Source of the DNA: Laetmonice hystrix | Taxonomy: Eukaryota | Direction of reading: 5' to 3' | Assembly: GCA_965235115.1 (NCBI GenBank) | Contig: OZ249445.1 | Span: 10,354,001 to 10,418,000 of the forward strand | DNA: 64,000 nucleotides | Shown here: positions 51,101 to 63,100 of the stretch, piece after piece | How the letters are laid out: the number at the start of each line of letters is the position of its first letter | How positions within the stretch are numbered: position 1 is the stretch's first letter | Made by a program: the position numbers and the translations under genes | Notes under the pieces: generated by a model | Databases searched by the model: none | What the model was told of the DNA's origin: nothing | Seen by the model: only the letters and a program-made list of their open reading frames with translations

Positions 51101-54100
51101 CTAGAATTCGAAATGTGCTTGAAAGGGGTGAAAACAAGTGTGAATTATCATAATAAGATTGGTGAAGTTAGCGTTAAAATTTAATATTAAGAGTAAAACT
51201 TTAACAGTGAGTGTGGTAAAAATAGAAAATTCCACAGAATTACTTAAATCGTCCATAACTTACATCAGGCTCAGGCAACTTAGCTGCCTTTGGAGTCTTT
51301 GAGTGCTTTTGACAAATCAAACACATCACATAATCAGATAAGAATTCATTACTGCAACTGTGGCACAAATGTCGTGTGCTACATGTGCAACAGTACTTAT
51401 GGTAATAATTCAAGACAGTTAACACGACTTAGCAAAGGATTCGTCACATTTCCCATCATATGTCCACTCAAGATGAATGTTCAACAAATACTGGAAAATG
51501 CCGTCATCACACAAATCTTTTATTTCACATTGAATACTGATCAAATCATAGTCATTGATTAACTCCCACACGTAAATCCATCATCCTGAAACGTGAAAGG
51601 TTGTATAGACATTGGTTTGCAGAAACTCCTAGCAGAGGGACGTGCTAAATGAGGTGCTCTCAGTGCAGCAGTTTATTGGTCTCAAGGTCGTAACACTTGA
51701 ACCACGTCAAAGTGTGGCAAGGAATCCAACAATGACATTCATACAATGTCTGGTCCACACACACGAGAAAGGCAGTGAGAAAACCCAAATAATTGTCTTT
51801 CTCCATTGCCACAATTAACAGTAACGTTGATCAGCACTCTGAAAAGGGGAAATGATCCAATATTAAATTAGTTGTGACCAGGAGGCCATCAGTGATATAA
51901 CAATCAGAATGAAGTTTCACGCATCAATCATTAGTAGGTGAGGTGAGCAGGTCGGTGCTTTGTTTGTACCGGGTCGGGGAGAAGGAGGAGGGGGAGAAGG
52001 AGGAGGAGGAGTTTGGTAGGGACACTCTGGCTGACGGTAGGCCCCTTACCCGACTAATCCTTCGATCTTTTAGTAGCGGAGGTGCGGCCTCAGCTCCTTG
52101 TACTACCAGCGGAGATTCAGCAATTGTCTGTTGTGAATCATGGCCTCTACTGGCCTTAGATGAATTGTGGGAATGACCAAAACTGTGATGTGAGCTTCCT
52201 CTTTGCTGGAAACAAATGTACATCACCAACTCAAGACTCCGACGTCAGTGGACGTAGGGGAAATAGTTGCATTAGAATTTACCCCCGGTAACTATGGCTA
52301 GGCCAGGACAGATCTCTTAATGAATCTCTTACTAGGTCAACAAACCTGGCGTTTATTTGTGCAAAGAATAAGTGACCTTTTCAAAATTGAAACGCACATA
52401 AGTGACATTAAATGTGGGGAGAACATCACACTATTGTGACTCGAATGACAGCCTAAGGAAATGCATTATTTCTCTTCATGGCGTGCTACGATACAGCATC
52501 TTATAGCAGGTACAAATAGCAGTACTCACCAGCTTGGAATATTTACTGTCACCCTTGTCAGGTTTCTCCGTTTTCTCGTCTTTCTCCCGATCCTTAGACT
52601 TGAGGCTCTTAAATGCTTTCTTCCACATGCCTTTAATAGTTGCCTTGTTGTGCTTTCCGCTGTCTGCCTCTACTGATGAACTGCCATTCTGCTTTGGCGA
52701 CAGCAACTCAATCTGGACAAAATACAAACAGAAGACATTTTTACAAAACACTCAGAATTCATCTTAATATTACCACCCGTTGTTATGTTAAGAAGTAATA
52801 CGAATAGATAAATGGGTATCAGTAAATAAAATCACTGGGCAATATTTTATATTATGGTGTCGTCAGCTATATCTTATATATCATTAACCTGTAGCATGGT
52901 ATGCCACCAAAGTTCGTATTATGATTTAAAGACATTTGAAATGTTCAAAATTCGTTCAATCTTTTCACACATTATTTAAGGATCCCTTAAAGAGCTCATT
53001 CTCAATGATCAGGACCTACGCTGAAAGAAATCTTCACCGCTACTGAGACAATGGAGAAACGCTCAGTGGTGATACCGGCTACGGCTCAACTTGCTCCTCA
53101 CAATGTTTCAATCTTGGAATGAATATTGTTTTTACAACAAATCTCCCACAATCATGTTATGGCATCTGGTCTGCTGACGATGCCTGCACATACATTACAA
53201 GAGTCACTACTAGATCAAAAGAGTTTCTTGGGAAATATTCTGGGCCTTTTGGAGGACGCTTGCTGTTGGAAATCAGCGCGGGCTAAATATCTTTAGACTC
53301 TGTGAACAATCATCTATCATACAGTGGTGCACATAAATGGCTGCTAATTAATACCTTAATACGGACACTTGGTACCAGACACATATATGTTGTCTACATA
53401 AAAAGCTTTGTGCATGTCACTTATCATTATATCCTGGAACAATGGAAGGATCTACGTAATGAATGCCACCAGCTCCTAGAACAATGATCAGTTCTATGTA
53501 TTTTGTACCTATTACAGGTGCGTCTCGTTTACATTTACAGTGCCCACATTCATACAGCAACTAGTGTCAAGGCTAATTATACCGTAGACAAAAATGACCC
53601 ATAGACAAAGAAATATATTTTATGTCTGTAAAAAAAGAAAAACTGCGAATGAAAATCGCTGCTATAAAATATCCTTGCACCTTCTCCTTCGCAACATCTC
53701 TATTAAACTGGTGCTTTCAAGCAGTTTTTGAACATTTCTTTATTGCTAATAAAGTGCAATACCGAGTTTCCTAAAAAGAATCAAGACCAATAGAAAAGGA
53801 AAAACAGTCATTTTCAAGTCGCTTCAGACCGGCAAAAGGAGATCATTAATGACTGACAGATTGGGGGGGGGGAACAAAAGATTTCAGCCTTTTATAAGCA
53901 AATTCTCACTTTTTGAATACTTTAAGTTAAATCATTACACATACATTAACTTCATCTCTGCTGCCTCAATACTACAACCAAAATATTTTCAATGTACAAT
54001 GTACTTTTGGAGCACGGTAATTTTCTCTAGTTGTTTACTTAATAATGGTGTTTGGGGACCTTTCGGGAGATATTTCTGCATACACAACCAGTAGCCTCGA

Positions 54101-57100
54101 AGGAAAACTCCTTTGGTATTCGCAGTACAACCTAGAGCTCTGTTGGAAGCAAAGACTGGACTCACATTATTGGCCGAACCCTACTCGTGTCCTGGTACAC
54201 AAGACCAATTTGGCTGCCCTAAACCAAAATCAGGTCATCCCTTCAAGTATTTACAAACATGCAAACCGCCTATCACATTTACAGACACCCGAGCTCCGTA
54301 ATATACACTGTTATACAATGAAAATAAATCTACTGTTGACAAACCCAAGCTCAAGTGACTTAATGCTTTTTCTGTGCATCAATCACCAGGTATTCCCTTG
54401 ATAATTACTCCCCCTAATCAGTGTGTGTCTGTAGTTGATGTTGTATCTCGTACCATGGTGGATGGCTAGGACTGATCAGGACGGTCAGGGGAGAAGATCA
54501 GTCACAAAATGTCACACACCACACCCCATTATGAGTTCCGTCTGATCAAATCCTTCTCGATGTCGCCTTGGGCTGGTATTCGTAACAATCATCGCATTAT
54601 ACGATATATGATAAATTAACAATACCAATATGGGCTATTAACAATACCTTGAACCCTGATAAAACATGTATTAGGTTATACACAAGTGATAGGTCGTCCA
54701 TTAATCTACACGACATTCATAACGAGTGGAGAGTGTGGAGTACGGCAGGTCACAACGAGACAGAGAGTGCGTGACAACAGGTGCATGGACTGCCACCCTC
54801 CCAGCCCCCACTGCCGACCACTGTCCGGACTAGACGCCTAGCTTACCTCATAAAGGGAACCTGTATCACAGCCTGACAAATTCACCGCCGCTATCTGCAA
54901 ATTAACACACGCTTTAATAGAGCTGTCCGTCCATAGGCCGGGTTCGTTGGTCTGTACGGCCTGAAATACCCAGGACAAACGCGTAACGGAAAACTTATTG
55001 TTTCATTGCCATTTTTCTACCTAACTCTGGCACTGATCTATATGGACTGTGGCTTGATTTCGATAAAACAATTATGATTAATTCCGAACATTTTGAGAAC
55101 TATCATAGCTTCCTATTTGAAGGCGTCCTGGAAACCTGCAGACCTACATGAAGACAAGGTAAAACTCTGTAGTGACGAAATACATTTTTTCATTGAGAAC
55201 CCTGCATGGGATGTTTCTACAATAGGCTTTTCCTGAGGATGTTTCAAACCTGAGGTTGGCAGAATGAACCAACCATCACTTAAAGTCAGCAGCCCTGACT
55301 TCTGTTTGATGTGACCACGACCAAGGTGTTGTAAGTATACTGAGATAGGGCAGCCAGCTCTATATTCCAACACACCCTCGCAGGGTTGGGATAGCAGCTG
55401 GCCTTACAAACCAGAATCAGGCAGTCGGGGCCCAACTGACAAACCAGACTGATGCAGTTCATGGTGGAGGCTGAGATGACAAATCAGAATGGTGTGCGCC
55501 GGTGATGGTAGAGGTATGATGTCTGTGCGGACAGAGAGATGACCCCAGCCATCAGGCACCCTCCCTGTAACCAACTCGTTGCTGTAACCTATCACCCCCG
55601 GCCATATCCCTTCCCTCTCCCACCCCCAGCACAGCTCCAACATCTCACTAAGTGCCGCTTCCCAATCTGATATGGCCATGTGATTTATGTCCACCTATAC
55701 TCTCTCTCCGGCATTCCGTCCCATCATTATCCAAACATTATCCAGCTATTCCATTATTCCATTCCTAACGCCATGAATCTGGTAGATTTCTTCACTGGAC
55801 TAAAGGCAGAGCAACTGTATAAAGGGGTAGAGACCGACCGAGAGACGGAAACAGAAATTGTGAAAAAGGAGGGATGTCACCAAGGTTACTCAATAAGTGG
55901 CGCTTAAACATTTATTTTCAATTTGGTACAGGTTATAACCATATATGATAATATATGGTTGAAACCTGGGAGCGCCACCTCGCGACATCCCGCGGAATCA
56001 GATAAATCAGATTCCGTCTAAAAGAGAAGGACCACGTAAAAAAAACAGAAGAACTAAAGGCGGGCGGCTGTGAAAAAAATAAAAAGAGGGGTATTTTTCA
56101 AAAGATCGTTCAATAGGGATGGGGAGCTATTAGAAAGAAAAGAAAATAAAAGGGGAGAGAGCCAGAGATAATGGCCATACCAGTAACGTAATACAGTCAC
56201 TTGTCAACGACAACCAAGCCAGGAGCTGTAAAACATATTGCTACTTTGGAGCCACTTATCATACAGAGCAATATCGGTCGGTTTTCTGCCTGCTGTAACA
56301 CACCAAAAACATCCCCGGGTCAGCCATCTTCAACTATATACACAAAAACATGAGGATATGGGGAACTGTTAACTGAACAGTGCAAATGTCACCCTCAGTC
56401 AGGTTATAGACTGGCGAGACAAGAAGCTTACAACGTTAGGACATATTCACAGGCGGATCAAGAACAAATCCTATGCTCCGCCGGAGGGTAGGCCCCAGCT
56501 TAAGGATTGTGGGCCCTCCGCCCCGGCCCTATTTCCGTTCTCCTGCTAATCATGCTCATATATTCATGAAGAAAATAACACTGTGTTGTTGCACAACTCA
56601 TAAGCTAGGAATATAAAACTGAGCTTCTTTTATGTTAAACGCTATACGCAGTAAGGTAGATTAGGTAGGCCCGTACGTATGTGTATTCTACCCCCCCCCC
56701 CCCCCCCCTCCGACTTACCCTATTCCTGGGCTCAGAGGCTCTCCGACGTCTGCGCGGGGTGTGGTTCTTAAGGACATACAGTTTGCGAGGTGGCTCACTG
56801 GAGCACCTCCGCAGGACCAACAATAAAATGTACATCCCTTGTCAATTCCCACTGAACTACCAGATGATCACCCTGATCAGTGGCCGACCCGTTCTGAAAG
56901 CAGCACTTCTATAATCAGCTGGCTCCAACACTCGTCTGAATGACCTAGAGAACGTTCTCCACTTCTCCAGGGTGGGGGTGGCTTGATCAGGTGGTAGGCT
57001 GCCTCCTGGAACGGGTACAGTAAGAGCTGTGGCCTATTGGAGGACTGTCTGAGGTGGGTGGGTGGGTCGGTTAGCTGCGAGTCTCCAGCGGGGACTCTCC

Positions 57101-60100
57101 AGCCCAGCGCTGTATCCTTCCTCCTGCTGCCTGCAGGATCTCACCGCCTCCAGCCGGGTGACTGACTCACATCCGTCTCACCCGCCAGGCCTGGTGTGTC
57201 TCCCAAACACTGCCATCACAGCACTCCCACTGATCCTGGCCGCAACCACCACTTCACCTGCCAAGGCCATCAACGCACAACCTACAGACAAATACCAAAT
57301 GGGTGCAGCACCCAAAAACGAAAAAAAGGCATAGGAGCTAGTACAGCAGGCAAAGACAAAGATTAAATCGATTCAACCTTCATGGGTTGTAAAGTGAAAC
57401 CCCAAGTTGGGTGACCTTTTGAAATAATCCTGGGTCTGAACTCTTGTTCATCTATCTTTCCCGTGTTTGGACTGAAATAGGTTCTATACCGGTACCTGAG
57501 GGTCAGCGTGGGGTTGAGACCATCAGAATTCTCTCCTTGCCCTGACCACCTGATGATGGGTGGGTACAGATGAGACCGGCAGGCGGCCCTCTGTCAGGTT
57601 CCAAACGACCCCCTCCACTTCACCCCACGCCAGCTGCCAGGTGCCCCCCTCCCACACCTGACCCAGCGCCAGGTGTTCACATTCACGCTGAGTGGAGGCC
57701 AACCCGCTCTCTCAGCCGATACCTACAGCACCGGGCGTGCAGAGTCGGTCAGATCCCCACCCAAAACCTTCAACTGACTGTCCCAAACTTCAAACTCTGA
57801 CCCTGCACCCCAACCAAACATCAAACTCTGCACCCCCACCCCAACCAAACATCAAACTCTGCACCCCCACCCCAACCAAACATCAAACTTTGCACCCCTA
57901 CCAAGGATCGTGTAACGGTACCATTACACGATCCTTGCCCCCACCCCAACCAAACATCAAACTTTGCACCCCATCCCAACCAAACATCAAACTCTGCACC
58001 CCCACCCCAACCAAACTCAATCTCATCACCGCCCCAAACCCTAAACTCCCCCTCCATCATCCCCGCCCCAAAACTTGAACTCTCACCCGCCATCATCCCC
58101 GCCCCAAACCTTGATTCTCTCACCCGCCATCGTCCCCGCCCCAAACCTTGAACTCTCACCCGCCACAGTACCCGCCCCAAACCTTGATCTGTCAACCTCC
58201 ATCATCACTGCCCCAAACCTTGAAACATCACCCTCCATCATCGCTGCCCCAAACCTTGAACGCTCACCTTCCATCATCACTGCCCCAAACCTTGTTCCAA
58301 ACCCTCAACAGATCCCTGCCTCAAATCTAAAACTCTAACCTTCAACTCCCGCCCCAAACAACTCTAACGCTCTGACTCCAGCTAGCGCTGGTCAATGGCT
58401 GCTGCGTGGTACCAACTTTCTCCGCCAGGTGGTTTCTATTAGACAACCATCGCACCCACAGGCGTTTCGGGTGTGAAGAAGTCGATAAAACTAAGTTTTC
58501 ATCCTATCCGACTTGAACTAGGCACTAATATGTTTCAAAATATAAACAAACTTTCAACAGCTCTCTTCAATTCCTGTATACATGCATAAAATCTGTCGAA
58601 TGACATGAAAATATGTAAGCCTCAATATTTTGAAGTTGCCCCTGGATGTACTGCACTAGATGTACTTGAAAGTTAGAAACCTGCTCAAGAAGACACCATG
58701 AAGATAACGATAGCTTACCTGCCCCTTTACACCCAGCGATAAACCCAGTTATGCAAGCACGCCCACCCAGGTCTTCCCGTTCGGCGATATACGGCTATTA
58801 GCCTGATTAAACATGTGTTTTGTACACTATCTATCACTGGCGATCTCTGGGGGAGAGAACCGTCAATCAGAGACAGAAGGAAGCGGTGCCAGTGCCTGGA
58901 ACCCTCCATCCCGCCTCTGTTAGCTGCTTCCCGGCCTGGCTGAGACAGGACGTCAGGAATCTAGACTGTAAACACTGAACCAATGGCGCAACTGTATCAC
59001 CCACCACAGGAAGGGTGTCAGTGCGGTCCGGATGAACATCATGCAACGGATAAAAATAGTCACATCCATTCAAAGTGTGCGGCGCCATCGGAGATTCCGC
59101 GCCCAGCGTGCACATACATAATGTGAGGCCTTGGGGTAAAACCTCAGAGCTATATTAGCCTAATGGAGTGCTATCTGTCTGTCTGTGGTGGCTGTCCGGT
59201 GTCAACGTCCTGAGAGCTCTTGACCTTTACTGACCGGTTACAAGAGAGCACTGTGTTTTCACACACGGCTCAGACGTAAGTTTCTGCACAACCATGTCCC
59301 TTCCGCAGCGTGGTCGAAAGCCAGGCGAGAGCCCACCGTCCCATCGCTGGATTACTGCCAGCTATATGAGCAAGAGACAAATCAGGCTGAAGTTATCCTG
59401 ACCTGGTTTGGAAAGCTTGATTAACATGTTCTTCTCATTCACCCCAATATAATTATGTCGTCTGTTGATCTTTTGGGAGTACAAGAGTATACCTTTCATT
59501 TATATATTAAAAGAATACCTTGAGATAATTTAGAAGCTACCCTGTTCCATTAACAAAACTTAACATATAAGTATTTTAAAACCAAATCCTGGAAGGCATG
59601 GCTTATTTCTTCAGGTGAACTTACACCTCCCCCACCAAATACCCTCTGAGTGTCCATTTGTACCTTTCTCCTTCCGAAATCAGGTCCAACCATGTTCTCC
59701 TGACCCGAAGTTTATACATGTCACCGTCCTACCAGGTGTTAAAGAATAGATCGAGTGTTATTTAAACACCACGTCGGGGCAAAGGGTTCAGCAAGGCCTC
59801 AAAGAGTCTTTTGGGCTTTATTGAAGCGCACCCCTGGCCCGAAGTTTTGGGCGTCCCAGACAGGTGATGAGGACCTTATGGTCGCTGTCCTGCTGCTGTG
59901 GTCTCCAGGATCCTGGCCTGAGCCTGATATCCGACCACTGGGTAAACAATGGTTGCAATTTATGTGTGATTCTTCAGTTAGCATAATTTGCATGTTGCAT
60001 ATTTATTTCAGACCTTTCAATGGGTGGGGATCAGATCCTATGACGAAAATGCCGCGGGCATTGAAAGGGGACAACAGAACAGGTATACATAAAGTAGGTC

Positions 60101-63100
60101 AGTTCCTGCAATAACATCTGGTTGTGGTTAGCACGGCTGGTAGCATCTCAGTTGGCAGACATTACAATGCATATATACCAACATGTCTTTTTGAGCACTT
60201 ACGTAAGACCTGTTTTTCGGACACATTCTGATGGCTAAAGTCAACATAGTTTGTTGAATGTACCTGTGATAGACATGGCTTGGAGATGTTAGTAATGTCA
60301 GACATGTGTAACAATGCAAGGCTCTCGTTGGCTGTACGGTACACCAGCCAAGGTATAAACACCTAATCCATCCTACAGAAGTTACCGACATCAACTGGGT
60401 GTTGTTCACGGAGGACGGCCTTCTTATCTCAAATCAATGGAATATCACAAGTAATATACATCTAAGACATATCTTCATGGTCATCAGATGGATACAATAG
60501 AGCAGTAATGGGCCAATGACAACCCTGCCAGGTGGTATGCCAGAGTTATCATTTACTGAACTGTGGAAGTTTCATGAGAAACCTAACATATGAAGCCCAC
60601 AATATATTCACCTGAAGCCACTGTGACATCAATTCCAACTTCAGGTTACCCTGACAGCTGTATGAGCATCAAGGTGTCCTTCGACCATACAGAAATATAG
60701 ACACCCAGCCGTCATGACAGTGAAACGTGACCCAGCCATCCATGTTTGACGATCAGTATCAGCCACACCTGTCATCCAATCATCATGCCACCTGTAACTC
60801 AATACGGAATGACATCCCTTCAACCCGAGCGGGACACTACACCAAACCAAGGTTTGCTACCGGGAGACCGACCAACCCTTGAAGTTAGCACCCCTCACCT
60901 CTCCACCTCACAATACTCCGGATGGTAGTCTGCCATGGACACAAAGTCGGTTACATGGTCAGAATACACCTTCAATACAGAGTTATCTTCTAATGCTCTG
61001 ATTGATTCCCTTTGAGCGTGTATAAGTATTAAATGCTACTGTATCTGAACTAGGTGCGATGGCTTTCCTTCCAGCCTCATTGTACTGTGTACCCCAGTAA
61101 CAGGAAGCAACGATCTGCCATTAACTTATACTGAAAAACCCTATAGCTATACTTTAAGGTTCGCGCTTATTTATCAACTTTTATCTCTATTACTATGAAA
61201 TGATGCCCTTTACAGAACCACTTCACTGATTACAATACAAGGACGGAGTCGGTCTCGATATTAATCCCATTTGCCAGAACGTTCAAATTGACACCTGGCC
61301 TTCAAAATGTTAGATCTGAGGAACTCCTTATGGATACGTTCTAGGTATATGTTTTCCACCGACATGTATCAGTATACTGCGCGTACCTTTGATGTTCATA
61401 AATTCAGACGTTGGCTGTCACCCGGATGACTGATACCATTCGGGGCCCCAGTTATCAACCCCAGCTGGAGGCCAACCAACCAGGCTGTGGTCGTCACATC
61501 AAGCTAAGTACTCTAGGGTCAGCCCTGGCGACTATTCCCGTCAGGTGACTCTAACAAGACCACCAGGCCAGGAATCCCTACAGTCCACCCTCAAAGTCAG
61601 GGCTCAAAGTTTTCTCCGACTAATCCCACTCGGTGCCCCAGTTATCAACCCCAGCTGGAGGCCAACCAACCAGGCTGTGGTCGTCACATCAAGCTAAGTA
61701 CTCTAGGGTCAGCCCTGGCGACTATTCCCGTCAGGTGACTCTAACAAGACCACCAGGCCAGGAATCCCTACAGTCCACCCTCAAAGTCAGGGCAGGAAGT
61801 TTTCTCCGACTAACCCCACTCCAACCCCTGGCACCTGGATGTTACCGGTTCCCTCTGAGGGTTTATTCCACTGTCATCAGCCAGATGGCAGCAGCTGATT
61901 GGATACCTCCCTCACTCAGACACTTTTTCACAAAGACAATGATATAAAGGCTCCCTGATCCCTCAAAACATTTCATGGCTCCTCCCAAATCGCAACACGA
62001 CAATTTACCACGCACATCCTACATCCACCGATCTTCGTCCAAGATCGCCTTAAAAATCCGTCCGAATTCTCATCCTCTTGTAACTTCGGAACTCCACATG
62101 AATGGCAGTGGATGTAAATCAGCAGCACTTTTTTTTAAAATCCACGTTGGTCTCAATCTCAGAAATGAAGTTACGAAAGTGTTAGCTTGGGTCGAGTCAG
62201 GCAATCCGCCGCGCAGTGCCCTCACGTATTTGCGCACCACTGTACTGCTTTGGCAAGCACCCACTCCACTGACCCCTCAAGCACATGGCGGTGCCAAAAG
62301 TATATATCTTGTCTTGTCAACGCAACCGGTGACTCAATAGAGTGCGAAGTGCACGCCTCTACCTCTAGGGCCGTCAAGCTGTGACCTCCAGTGGTCAGTC
62401 AAGTCGTCCTCAGATCGACAGTCCTGAGATCGACAGACCTTGGCATCCCCTGGTCAGGTACTTACCCTAAATCAGGTGCCAATCACGACGAGGTGAGGAG
62501 CCGGAGGTTCCAGTCGCTCTACACGGAACTATGCTCCACGGTCGTGCAGCCCCTACCTGGGAGAAGACCGAGATTCTTGCCTGCAGCATGAGGAGTATAA
62601 ATACCCGTTGGGAGAGTGGCGGTATAAATAACTCGGTGTGCTCCCAGTTGGGATAGCCCTGGCCTAGTGGTAGTGGATCCCGGGGGTCGGAGGGGCTGGC
62701 CCCACGTCAGTGTACTGAATGGGCTGGATCCTTCCCCACTCACCGACCTGTTACACCTGGCATCCACAGGTCTGGGAGAACGGAGGCAGCACCATCATCA
62801 GGAGCTCAGCTGTCACGGCCATCCATCACTGAGCGGTCACACTTCATCCACCAATACTCAGCGGTAACACGCAAAGCAAAGTTCTCCCTCCATGTCGATG
62901 CTAAGCGGCCATACCTTGACATGGAACTACTTAAAACTCTAAACTGGTTCCCATCTGATTTTCTTTGGAGACCATCTGAACTAACCGGGGCAAAAACAAG
63001 AACTGAATCGGGAGAAACGTCCGGTCTAGCCTGGAGGTTTAACAACAAAACAGGGGCGTATCCAGAAATAGCTTAAGGGTGGTTTCCTAAGTTTAGGTAC

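Noticed and set aside
55380-55700. Possible decayed LINE endonuclease region
   Set aside because: Only vague resemblance; no diagnostic GDFN or SDH motifs could be read.
57692-58338. Overlapping Pro/Gly-rich ORFs on both strands
   Set aside because: Produced by C-rich minisatellites that lack stop codons.
62880-62960. ELLKTLNWFP resembling an L2/CR1 C-terminal motif
   Set aside because: Too short, and no adjoining RT motifs.
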